Shown piece after piece: positions 37,590-49,072 of a stretch of 64,000 nucleotides of DNA. How positions within the stretch are numbered: the first letter of the stretch is position 1; every line of letters begins with the position of its first letter. The stretch is from the human T2T-CHM13v2.0 reference genome, Homo sapiens: NCBI RefSeq assembly GCF_009914755.1, contig NC_060927.1; one strand, given 5' to 3'. The notes beneath the pieces were generated by a model that was not told the DNA's origin, did no database searches, and was given only the letters and a program-made list of their open reading frames with translations. Position numbers and translations under genes: made by a program.

Positions 37590-40500
37590 TATTCATAAAT
37601 ATTTATTGAGTGCCATATTATTTGGGATATGTTAATTCATTAAAAAATTCTAAAAATATCAGCAGCTTGAGGTGAGGATTTGTTTCTCACTTGTGCCTTA
37701 GCTCACTGCCGATCATTTGGGACCATGCTCCTTCTACCATAAGATGCTACCGTCTTTAACAAATGGCCTTCAAGTATGCTGAGCAGAAGGAGAGACAGCA
37801 TCATTCACGAAAGCTTTTTATGCACCAAAGCTGGAGGTAGCTTATTTATGAATTTTATACACACATTCCATTGACCAGAAGTCAGACACAACTCCACTCT
37901 AAATGCCAGAGGGTTCTGGAAAATGTTGATTTCCTACTTGCTCAAGAGAAGGAAGTTGATTAGCAAAAACATTTTCTGTGTGAGGGTCTGGAGATTCATC
38001 AGTGGTTGGCAGGTGGAGGGAACAGACAAAAAAAATTCCATCTTTAAGGTCAGAAGATAGACAACAAATGAAAGTTAAATGCACAGTATATTAAATGGCG
38101 ATGTGTGAAAACTAAAGAACCCAGGTAAGGAGGATAGACAGCATGGCAGGAGTCAGTTCCTACTATGTTACTGCCTTGGGAAGGAGACAAGGGAGCTAGT
38201 CGATATGCAGAGGAAGGAAATTTCAAACAGATGATACTGTAGATCCCTGACTCAGGGGATCCCTGACTCAGGGGGATGGCTGGCATATTAGAGAAACAGC
38301 AAAAAGCCCAATGTGTCTGGAGTGGGATGAGCTGCTGCTGGTGGGGGCATTAATAGAAGATGAGAACAGTGAGATAATAGGGAAGGCAGCTTTTATGCTG
38401 TTTGTAGACCATTGTGAGAACTTTCAGCTTTTTTTAAAAGTGAGGCTAGAAGCATTGGAGGGTTTTGAGAAGAGGACTGACATGCACAGATTTACTTTCT
38501 GTGGTATCACCCTGGTTGCTGAATTGAGAATAGAATGTAAGGGACAAGTGTGGACGTAGGCAGACTAATTAGGAGACCATTGCGATCATCACAGTGAAAG
38601 ACAACTGAATCAGACTGGTAGCAGTAGAACTGATAAAAAGTGATTGGATTGTAGATATATTCTGAAAGTGGGGTCAACAAGATTTGTTGATTGAGTGTAT
38701 GTATGGTGTAGAGAAGAAGAATCAAGTATAACTCCAAAACATTGTGCTTTAGCAAACAGATGGATAGAAGAGTGTGGGAGGGGCAGATTTTTTAAGAGAA
38801 AATAATGATCTGACCAGGAAGTAAGTTTTTAACATGTTAAAGTTGAGAAGATTATTAGTTATTCCAGTAGAAATGCTGAGATGACCCTGAAAATAGTGTC
38901 TCTGGATTTCAGTGGAGCGGTCTGGCTGGAGAGAGAAATTTGTTAGTTATCAGATTCTAGTCAGATGAGATCATGAAGGCAATGAGAGAAGAGCTCAGCA
39001 GAGCTGAACTTTGAGGCACTGAACATTTCAAGGTTGGGTACATGAGGAGGACCCACCAAAGGATAGGAAAACTTTGTGGCTAGTGAGGTAGAACGAAAAT
39101 CAGTTGGAAGCTAAGGGAAGAAAATGCTTCAAGAAGAATAGAGAGATCAAATGTAACAAATGTTGCTGATAGATCAAGTGAGAGATAAGAAATGAGATGA
39201 GACCATTGGATTTAGAACATGGAGGTCATTTATATTCCTGACAAGAGCTTTGTTTCTATCAGGTGGTGAGAATGAACTTGGCTAGAGTGTGTTCCAAGAG
39301 AATGTGAGAAGATGAATTGGGGATTATGAGTGTAGATAATGTTTGTTTTGCTGTAAAGAGAAGGAGAGAAATGAGGTACTGGATGGAGTAGAAAGTGGGT
39401 TTGAAGAAGGTTTGTATCTATCTATCTATTTATCTAAAGACAGGGGACACAGGACACACAATAAAATTTAAACTTCAGATAAACATATATTATATATATA
39501 TAATATATATATGATGATTCTGTAGACAGGAGTTGTTATTGGACAAAGATGATAAATTTCTAGAACAATTTTCTTGAGTTGACAAAGGCAGATGGGATTA
39601 AGTGCACAAGGAAAGGGAGGCTTTTCCTGGCTAAGGGGACATCACATCAGTAACAGGGAAGAAGGCAGTGACTTGACCTAGATAGAGGTAGGTGGTGGGG
39701 GTGGGAGTGGGAGTGGGAACTTGTGGAACTTCTCATCTGATTGCCTCTGTTTTCTTGACAAAATGGAAGGGAGAACAAAGGAGGAACTGTTAGATATTTG
39801 AAGAGAGCAAAGGTACAAAATCGTGACCTAGGAAAGCAGGAGGGTGACTGGGCTGGGGAAATGCAGTGTGATTGTCTGTCCACACGAAGGGCTCTCTTGT
39901 GGAGAGTGAAAAGGAATTGAAAGTGAGGCGAGTCAGCAGTCCTGTGTTTATTTCCAGCTTCATTAGTTTCATAGGTGCAGGTGAGGAACAGAGGAGAGTT
40001 GGATTTGACCAGAGTTGCATTTTTCACGTGAGTAGGCCAACGAGAGAACAGAGAAGATGAGAGCATTTGCAAAGAACTGATGCAAATGATTGGCTTCAAA
40101 ACTTCAGCAGGATAAATAGTGGAGTGAGGATGTAGGGTTAAGAGGCAGTTTCAAACATGGGGTCAATGCAGCGTAGATGCCAGTACTGAGTCGGGGTACT
40201 AGGGGGTATCAGCAGGGAAGATTGAAAGCAGTGAACAGAGAGAGGTGAGTTTAGAAGATATTACAACTTTTGGTAACAACAAAGTCTAAGGCCTGACTAC
40301 AAGAAGAGATGACTGAAATAGTGTGGAGAAGAGTTCAAGAAAGTTAGAAAGCAAGGACTTGAAATTATCATCTTCATGGACATTGAAATCACTAAGAATT
40401 ATAATAGGGATCGTTTTGTGGAAAAATGACACTCTGTCAGGAAGTAACATCTTCAAAGAACCAAGAAGGGATGGACCTGAGCCCATAGATGAATAGGGAA

Positions 40501-40830
40501 AGAAGAGATGATCAATAACAATCTGCTGACAGTGGATTCAGGGCTGGGTAGTGTCGGGAAGTGGGAGGCAACAAGGATTAAAGAGGATGCCTGCTTCACA
40601 GCCAGCCTAGTGGTAATGCAGAGGATGGGAAAGAAATGCGCTCAGGGGGAACCGTGTTCTCAGGAGACAGACTGGTTTCAATTTGAAAAACAAGATAGGT
40701 GAGAAGAGGTTGAAGATGTTGGAGATTTTGATGATGTCCACCAGTGAGTTTCAAAGGGCCCTGTGAAAAGGATTCAGGTAATTAAGAGAAGTCGGAATTG
40801 TGTTCTCACAGAGCTGTATGCAGATTAGAG
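37590..40830 (-). mobile_element. Long L2 LINE (about 2.8 kb net) with ORF2 remnants
   Basis: Tail ATAAATATTTATTGAGTGCC and many L2 motifs. Minus-strand ORF 40286..40486 contains IIILSDFNVHEDD (APE endonuclease GDFN motif). ORFs 39647..40099 and 38507..38755 resemble decayed ORF2. Confidence 0.85.
37640..37975 (-). mobile_element. MaLR LTR fragment (MLT1J/I/L-like) nested in the L2
   Basis: CACATTCCATTGACCAGAAGTCAGACAC...AAATGCCAGAGGGTTCTGGAAAATG. Confidence 0.6.
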
Positions 40831-40899
40831 TAGGGGACATAGGACACAGAGTGAAATTTAAACTTCAGATAAACAGTGGGTACTTCTTTGCATTTGCAC

Positions 40900-41240
40900 C
40901 CAAGCCTGGGTCACCACCACCCCTCCCTCACCCCATCCCTTTATATCCACTTGTCTTTTCTTCATCTCTATAGTTTTGTCATTTTTGAGAATGTTATATG
41001 GATGGAATCATACAATATGTAACCATCCGTGATTAACATTCCTCAAACAGAATACCTTGAAGTCCATCCCAGTTGTTGCATGGATTCATCATCCATTCCT
41101 TTTCATTGCTGAAGTATATTCCATTGTATAAAAAGCCAGAGTTTGCCCAACCATTTGCTCATCTAAGGACATATGTGTTGTTTTCAGTGTTTTGCTATTA
41201 CTAATAAAAGCAACCATAAACACTTCATGTACAGGATTGC
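40900..41240 (-). mobile_element. Old L1M (L1MC/MD-like) 3'UTR fragment
   Basis: TTATATGGATGGAATCATACAATATGTA...TATTCCATTGTAT...TGCTATTACTAATAAAGC. Confidence 0.8.
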
Positions 41241-41414
41241 TACTGTCTTTGTAGGTATTTTTGTTTTAAGCTTCTTTGAAATCATAGGTTTTGTGTTCTT
41301 GTTGTGTTCTTTTGTCTAACTCAAAATAAATAAATCCTAATTGTAATTGTAAGACAAAAGTCCATCCATGGAAACAACATTGGGACATGGCCTGTAGAAT
41401 GAAACGAACACAGA

Positions 41415-41710
41415 GAACAGTATGGATGACTTTTGCAAACAGTGCTGAGTGGTGGAAGCCAGTTACAAGCTTGATTTTATTTATATAAAACACATACAGC
41501 AAAATTAATTGATGCCATCGGAAATCTAGATACTGGTTATCCTTGAGAAGAGGTCATGACTGGCTTCTTAGGTTCTGGTAATGTTCTGTTACTTGATCTG
41601 GTTGACAGATTCATTGGTATGTTAAGTTGATGAAAATGCATAGACCTGTGTATGTATGAGAGGTGCACTTTTCTGAATATATACATATACACATTTAAGG
41701 TTTAAAAAAA
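41415..41710 (+). mobile_element. L1ME-like 3' end
   Basis: GGTAATGTTCTGTTACTTGATCTGG...GTGCACTTTTCTG...A-rich end. Confidence 0.75.
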
Positions 41711-41942
41711 GGAACTTTATCATATGTTTCGAGGGCTTCTCTAATGTGTTTTTTTGTAGGCTGGGATTCACCGTTCCATTTAAATTTCAATCATCAATAA
41801 CATTGTATTTTGTAATACTCTCAGAGAAAAGGGGAGAGAAGTGTTTCAAGCTTGGTGGCTTGAACAAACTCTCACTAATTTACTCATAGTGGTAACATTG
41901 ATTTCATCTGTACTCCTTTTTTTTTTTTCTTTCCTGTAATAG

Positions 41943-41981
41943 ATCTCACTGTTAAAATCCAACCTGAGAACAATGGAATGG
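41943..41981 (+). other. Candidate 39-nt exon
   Basis: Long pyrimidine tract ending ...TTCCTGTAATAG| and donor TGG|GTAAGT; two frames open. Confidence 0.3.
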
Positions 41982-42470
41982 GTAAGTAGAATATTTATTT
42001 ATTAAAAGGGCAACATCTCAGAAATGAAATTACAATTTAGTTGGGATAAATTGTCTTATAACTTCATTTTTTTACATTAAAGCTATAATTGAGGGGTATT
42101 ATATGCTGTTTATCACTGCAATGAAAATGTAGTCAGAATGAACTTCTCGAGGCTGTTAAACTGCCTCTTATTAGCATTGAAACTATACTCACAGCCTATT
42201 ATCTTAGGCTATATTTTTTGGTATAAGGGAATTGCTATCAAAGTGTACTTAATCTGAAAGGAATTGGATTATAATTGGAGTCTTTGTGAAAGGGGAGTTA
42301 AAATTATTTGGTATTGTCTTAAGGTAACAGCATACTGTTGGAATATTAAAACAGTATAGCAGTGGCACTGGAAAGGCACACTGATTATCATCATTTGGTG
42401 TCAAATGATTCTCTGCATTTTTACTCCTAATCAATCTGGGTACCAAAGGATAGAAAATGTTTATAAATTC

Positions 42471-42483
42471 GTCTCAAAAAAAA
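42471..42483 (+). mobile_element. Ultra-truncated Alu 3' tip (GTCTC + A8) with perfect 19-bp TSD
   Basis: AGAAAATGTTTATAAATTC at 42452-42470 and 42484-42502 flanks GTCTCAAAAAAAA, which matches the Alu 3' terminus. Confidence 0.75.
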
Positions 42484-42861
42484 AGAAAATGTTTATAAAT
42501 TCATTTGATAGTCCTGGTTTTTCAAAGAGGGTTGTCAAGTTTTTATCATGTTCTATTATCCATCCCAATTATCACTTGGCATTTCTTCACAAGGAGTATT
42601 AGAATCTAAGAGTAATAATTTCTGTATTTGAAACATAGTAGGTATCTCCTAAATGTCAATTAAATTAAATCACATTGCCAACAGGCCTGAGTAAAGGAGA
42701 ACAGAATATTTCTTCCAGTGGATTATTTCAAAGGCAGCAAAATAACAAATGTGGGATGATTATTATAATTTTTATACTATGATATGCCAGTCTAATTGCT
42801 GCCAGCCATGCTTGTCATAAAGAAAAATTTTAAAAATTAAACACCGTCATACAATCTAGGA

Positions 42862-43070
42862 CAGAGGTTGGCAACTTTCTCTGTAAGAAGCCAAATAATA
42901 AATATTTTTATCTTTGCAGACCATACTGTCTTTGTCACAACTCTGCCATTGCAGCGTGAAAGCATCCATAGACGGTACACAAATGCATGGATGTAGTTGT
43001 ACTCCAGTACAACTGCAAAAAGCAGACAGCTGGCTGGGTTTAGCCTACGGGCCATAGTTTACACAACTCA
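42862..43070 (-). mobile_element. MER58A hAT MITE with 8-bp TSD
   Basis: CAGAGGTTGGCAACTTT...GGGCCATAGTTT. TSD ATCTAGGA/ATCTAGGT. Confidence 0.88.
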
Positions 43071-43770
43071 ATCTAGGTGATTGCCTGGTAACTTTGTGAT
43101 TGTAAACAGGAAAGAAAACCCATGCACTGAAATCTTATGGCTATATTTGGTTGTAAGTTGGCCATCCGGATTCAAAATATGACATTAATTGTTATAGTGA
43201 TAATTATCAGACTATAGTATTAAAATACAAGGTAATTATAATATAATAATTTAATTATGCAAATAACACCGTTGTCATCAAAAATAAATGGCATTTTATT
43301 CTTTTATCTTTGGAGACATTGAAATACAACATCTCCTACTCCTAAGTAGAAACATATAAATCAAGTCGGTATAATTTCTAAACAAAGAAAGAATTCGAAA
43401 GTCCATTTTTTAACTTGTACCTTCTCCTTCCTTGATATAACATGCAACCCTTCTGTGTGTGTGTGTGTGAAGCACTGATTGAAATGTATGGCTCCAACTG
43501 TGAGTGTTCCTCGACTCTCCATTGCTTTCCCAGCATCTTTAAATAAAACAGTCTGAGAGTGGGTTGGCCCCTCTCCTGATTTATGAGCAATTTGTTGCGC
43601 TACTGAAACAGCAGTCATGACAGAATCCTGCGTATGCTTTAAAGCATTGAAAGATACAGAAATAACTAGGGAGGACTTCTTCCACCAGGAAGAGACACTT
43701 GCAGTCTTTTTGCTGACCCCTGGGCTAGAGTTTATAGAGTTTAAAACTTACTCAGAAATAAGCCATGAGG

Positions 43771-43902
43771 GGGTGGGCTCCGTGGCTCATTCCTGTAATC
43801 CCAGTGTTTTGGGAGGCCAAGGCAGAAGGACTGCTTGAGGCCAGGAGTTTGAGATGAGCCTGGACAACATAGTGATTGCCTGTCTCTACCAAAAAAAAAA
43901 AA
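43771..43902 (+). mobile_element. FLAM_C-like free Alu monomer
   Basis: Single left monomer ending TGTCTCTACC + poly-A. Confidence 0.85.
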
Positions 43903-43944
43903 GTCCCAGAAATTTGCTTGTGTCACCAGTTTGAAAAGGGTGCA

Positions 43945-44110
43945 AGTCACCTTGTGGTCAATAACTTGACCTAAGTGCCAGTTTCCTCATTTGCAGAACT
44001 GAGATAATATCCACCGCCCTCCCACCACTACTTTTCAGGGCTGACATGAGCATTAAATGAGATGGAATACATAAAGGTGCTTGGTATACTCAACCAACAG
44101 CCATTTTATT
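43945..44110 (+). mobile_element. MIR SINE
   Basis: CAGTTTCCTCATTTGCAGAACTGAGATAATA...ATTAAATGAGAT. Confidence 0.7.
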
Positions 44111-45089
44111 ACTCATGTGCTCTCTCAGTTGTTAGTGCTTCTTTTGTTTATGACTAGTACTGGGTGAATTGCAGGCACTGACAAACAATCACTGACTTAT
44201 TTTCCTACCTCCCAATTTGTATTCCTGTTAGAAATCTGACAGACTGACACCAGAATGCCAAACCTGAACTGAAGTGCAGTGACATCTTCATATCCTTTAG
44301 CTGCACAAACAATCTAGGGCAGCAGTTGCAGTGCATTTCCCAATACTTATATTTCAAGTATTTTTTTGACATTTAACACCATTAGAACATATAGCAGAAT
44401 CCAAGTACAGTTTCTTTGAGGTAAAAATGTGAGTGTTTTTTCATATCTCACTGTGTTGAATAACCTTTAGATGCAAAGTTAGCACAGCAAACATTGACAC
44501 GATGCAGGCAGCTCAGTGCAGAGTGCCTAAAAATAAATATAAGAAGTTCATATGCTACCAAAAAAAAGAGTTAAGAATTTAAATGGAAAAACAGCTTTGA
44601 GTCTTATGATTCACGAGATCTCACTATTGTCTTTGATTCCATGGATGCAATTGATTGGATGACACTAAATATAGTTTTACCTATTAAATATACATAGTTT
44701 AGATAAACCTATCATTTTACTTTTTGGTCTATTGTCTTAAAAGTTTTCCGGCAGTTGTGAAGTGTGATTATTTCAACTGTGGTCTCAATTTGTGTGACTC
44801 TGCAAGACCATGTGATTTTGGAGTCAGAAGTTCTAGATTTGAGTCCTAAATTTATCGTTTTAGGTCAACTTGGATGACTTTTCAGCTCCTTGGTTTTCTT
44901 CTTCATATGACCATTAGGAAATCCTTTAAGGATATTTTAATTACACAATATTCTTGCAAGGTGACACTACTCTTTCTCTTCACCCTCACCTTCCAGTGGG
45001 TGTGGTTTTTGGATGAAGTACTAGAGACTGCATTCTCTCATCCTTGAAGATGAGGTATTTTCTCAGGATGCTTCCTGGTCCTTCAAGCA

Positions 45090-45643
45090 CCGTTGTTTTC
45101 TGGCAAATATCTATTCTCTTTTTTAATGGCAATAACATTTCTAAGGTTTTTGGAAAACCTGCCTCCCTTCTTTTCAGCCCTGTAGTTTAATGAGGTTGAC
45201 CTTAATTCTGGTTCAACTGGTAAATCCAGATTTGTTTAAGCAAATCAGTATATACTATGTTCCTGATCACAGTGATTGATTAAAAGACACTAAAACGTCC
45301 CAGTATCAGCTCTCATTTGGAGAGTTTGAGTCACATGTCCTTTCTTTGAGCCATCAGAGTACATGTGAGAACTTTGGCTTGAATGCTCAGATAAAGACTT
45401 CCTCTTTCCTGCTGAATAGAAAAGCAGATACAAAAATCCATGAGAGCTTCTGGAAGTCACTTTCAGAGTTACGTCTAAATGTAACTGGGCTTTTTGTGGC
45501 ATTTTAGAACCAAAGGTTCAAGCTTTGCTTGAAGCCAATGTTACCTGACTAATGTAGTTTTATAAGTCAATAAATCCATTTTAGTGCTTAAGTCCTGTGA
45601 GTTGTACTTTTGTCACTTGCCAAAAGGTCCAAACTGAAATACA
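45090..45643 (+). mobile_element. MLT1K-like MaLR LTR
   Basis: CACAGTGATTG...GTCAATAAATCC...GCTTAAG...TGTCACTTGC...ATACA end. Confidence 0.7.
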
Positions 45644-45894
45644 TAGGCCCTCTAGATATACCTACACATATCTGAATCTGAAGGTGAACATGAAATAAAC
45701 TCAAATAAAACCCTAGTTGCTTGTGAAAGCTTAGAATAATGTTAAAAACTGTACTGATACTGTTACGCCTCTATCCTTCCCTTACATCCAACTTCCTGGG
45801 TATTTTTTCTTCTTTCTTTTAAATTCTAATACTTTTGGTACTACCCATAAAGAGTGCTATTCAATCCCACTGGCTAACCAATTTTTGATAATAA

Positions 45895-46125
45895 CAAGAA
45901 TATTCCTTATATAGCACCTACTTTGCTAGATACTATACTGATTGATTTATATCGGTGCTTAATCTATAAGAAGTTTGTTAAGTAAGATTTATTATTCCCA
46001 TTTTAAGATGAGAAACCTGATGCTTCGGAGGGCTAAGTGACTTGCACAAGGTTACATACTAGTAAGTGGTGCAAATAGGATTCAAGTCCAGGCATCCTGA
46101 CAGAGTTTGTGCTCTGTCACTATGT
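45895..46125 (-). mobile_element. MIR SINE
   Basis: CCCATTTTAAGATGAGAAACCTGA...AAGTGACTTGCACAAGGTTACA. Confidence 0.85.
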
Positions 46126-46194
46126 TGAGCTGACAATTAGTTTATGGGTGTGTCCTCAGGACATGAAGTAAGTTGACATAGTCCTCCACCCTTC

Positions 46195-47380
46195 CATGTT
46201 TATTCAATTCAACAAATATTTATTGAATGTTTAGTAGGTGCCAAATACTTTGCTGGGTGATGAGTAGATAAACTGTAAACAAGCCAAGCACAGACTCTGC
46301 TCTCCTGGAGCTTACAGTCTAGTGGGGTTCGCATGCCAGATAGACTGTATGTGGTAAGAAACACCGTAGGGGACGCTGCTAAGCAAGCACATGGCAGTGT
46401 CACCCAACCCATCTAATGGTATCAGGGGAAGCTTCCAGGGTCATGTGCAGCCTGCACCGTGACTCAATAGGAATTGGCCAGGTGACAGGTGCTTAAGCTG
46501 GGAGAGTGAGAAGTACTTCAGGGAGAGAAAATAATGTGAATAAAAGTCTGAAAAGAGCATGGTGGGCTCAGAGAGCCAAAAGAGTTTTGAATCTTATAAT
46601 AGAAATTGGCCATAAAGAGAGGCTAGTAGGTAATCAGAAGCTAAACTACAGAATTCAATCTTCATCTTAAGAATGATAATGGGGCCGGGAGCAGTGGCTC
46701 ACACCTGTGATCCCAACACTTTGGGAGGCCAAGGCAGATGGATCACCTGAGGTCAGGGGTTTGAGACCAGCCTGGCCCACATGACAAAACCCCGTCTCCA
46801 CTAAAAATACAAAAGTTAGGTGGGTATGGTGGCACACACCTATAGTTTCAGCTGCTCAGGAGGCTGAGGCAGGAGAATTGCCTGAATCTGGTAGGCAGAG
46901 GTTGCAGTGAGCTGGGATTGTACCACTGCACTTCAGCCTGGGTGACAGAGGGAGACTCTGTCTCAATTAAAAAAAAAAAAAAAAAAGGAAAGAAAAGAAT
47001 GATAATAGGAATTAAGCATTCATGTCTTGATCAGAAATATTGTATAGGAAAATCACTTTGGTCATTTGGGAAACAGATTAGAGAACATGGGGACTGGGAG
47101 ACTATATGGGAGGCTATGCAATAACACAGATGAAAGGCGCAATGGTCTCAACTGGGGGTGGGAATGTGGGGAGAAAGAGAGAGAGGGAGAGAGGTGAGGA
47201 GGATGAATATGAGACCACTTTAGAAAATATAATTTGTCTGACTTGGTGACGTTTGAGGAAGAAGCAACATTAAGAATGATTCTGGGTTATATCTGGGATA
47301 ACTGGGCAGTTAGTAACCAATTTCACTGAAGCGAGGAATTCAAGAAAAGCAGGGTTCAAAGTGAAGGGGAATTAAATCAC
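46195..47380 (-). mobile_element. L2 LINE split by AluSx
   Basis: TTCAACAAATATTTATTGA...CTCCTGGAGCTTACAGTCTAGTGGG; resumes after 47008. Confidence 0.8.
46683..46994 (+). mobile_element. AluSx-like with 14-bp TSD
   Basis: Full dimer. TSD AAGAATGATAAT(G/A)G at 46669-46682 and 46995-47008, at a TT|AAGA endonuclease site. Confidence 0.95.
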
Positions 47381-48295
47381 CGCCCTTACCAAGTCAGTGG
47401 TTTCTGAACTTTTGTTTTAAGGAGACTTCCAAATTTAATTTTTGATTCTGCTCTCTTTCCCTATGCTGCACACAGTATTGCTACACTTGGTTAAAAATAT
47501 TGTCTGACTTTCTCAGAAAACAAAAATTTGGAAAGCTGCTACATCCAACACACACGAAAGCCACTGCAGTGAGTAGAGTATAGGGAGGTACTCTAGACCA
47601 GAAGCCTGACACCCCCAATTATATTATACAAATTTTCTATGGGACAGATTTAAAACAACAGTAGCAAAACAAACAACTTGCTGGTGCTTGAAGGTTTAAG
47701 TGAATATTGGAAGTAAACAATAGATTTCATAGAGGAGTTCCAGTAGTGATGCGATAGGAAAAAAAGGTATAAGTCAACTGACTCTATGCCAGTCATTTTC
47801 TTGGACTTTTAAGCAAATTATTAACACACTTTAATAAGGGGCTTACAGAGGAGAAATCCTTTGATGAACCCAAATAATGGGAGAAAAACATGGACTTTTT
47901 GAAATCAATTTCAGAGACATCCTGCAAAATTAAGCTCCCCAAAGCACAATACACTCAATGCTCCCAACCCCACCACTGATTTGCCACCTTTATATCCTCC
48001 TTAATAGTCTCAGTTCTTAGATTAGGAAAACATAAGCATCTGGTTATAGCAAATACAGCCAGTGGTCTCCAAAACACAGCCTTTGGTAAAACAAACAACC
48101 AAACAAACAACAAATAAGAGGCATAGGGTACTAAATCTATGACAAAGTTACTGATCAGTGATGTTTCCTAAACTCTGGGATTGCTGACAAATATTTACTT
48201 TCTAGATTCCCCTGATCTGTTTTTAACTCTTTCTCTACAGTTTTTCATTATATATCCACAGACTATGATAGGAATGGGAAATTAGGGTGGCCCAC

Positions 48296-48666
48296 TGTCT
48301 CAGTCAGTTCAGGCTGCTATAACAAAATACCTTACACTGGGTAGTTTATAAACTGCATAAATTTATTGCTCAAAGTTCTGAAGGCTAGGAATCCAAGAAA
48401 TAGGCCTCAGAAAATTGTGTCTGGTGAGAGTTTGCTGTCTGCTTCAGAGATGATGCCTTTAAGCTGTGTCCTCACATGGCTGAGGGTGGCGGGCGGGGGG
48501 GTGGAACTCTCTCAGGCCTCTTTTTTAAGGGCACTGATCCTATTCATGAAAGTGGAGCCCCATAACCTAATCACCTCCTAAAGGCCCCTCCTCTTGATAC
48601 CATCACCTTGGTGGTTAGGTTTCAACATATAAATTTTGGAGGGATAAAAACATTCAGGGCATAGCA
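48296..48666 (-). mobile_element. MLT1A0-like MaLR solo LTR
   Basis: TGTCTCAGTCAGTTCAGGCTGCTATAACAAAATACC...AACATTCAGGGCATAGCA. TSD CCCAC/CCCAG. Confidence 0.9.
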
Positions 48667-48899
48667 CCCAGTTTTCAATGAGCCCGGTCAAAACCCCAGA
48701 ATCCTCAGAGCAATGTTCCAGGTGGGCACTGACGATTGGTAGAAATTGGCCAATGCAGTGTATTCAGTCATTAGTGCCAAGTGCTTCCATATATATATAT
48801 ACACATATCTTTTGTAAAGTAATTTTGCATTTCCTCCCACCTCCCCTTTTCTTGACTTTAGATTGACCGTGTAACTTTTTTGGCCAGTAAAACATTATT

Positions 48900-49072
48900 A
48901 ACCCGATGTAAACAGAGGCCTGAAATGTACTTTTTTGATTATGCTTCTGTCTCATTTTGTTGGCCAAAGCAAATCACAAGGGTCAAGTGAAAAAAGACTA
49001 GAAAATTACACAGAAAAGAACATAGATATTGGCAGAGGGTAAAGAATTGGGGTGAATAATCAAATCTGCTAT
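48900..49072 (-). mobile_element. MLT1 (H-like) LTR fragment
   Basis: TTGTTGGCCAAAGCAAATCACAAGG...AAGAATTGGGG. Confidence 0.55.

Noticed and set aside
39647-40486. 150-aa and neighbouring ORFs as a functional endonuclease/RT gene
   Set aside because: Frameshifted, stop-riddled L2 ORF2 remnants; not a domesticated intact ORF.
47395-47540. Possible hAT MITE (CAGTGGTTTCTGAACT...TTTGGAAAGCTG)
   Set aside because: Only TIR-like ends; family and TSD could not be established.
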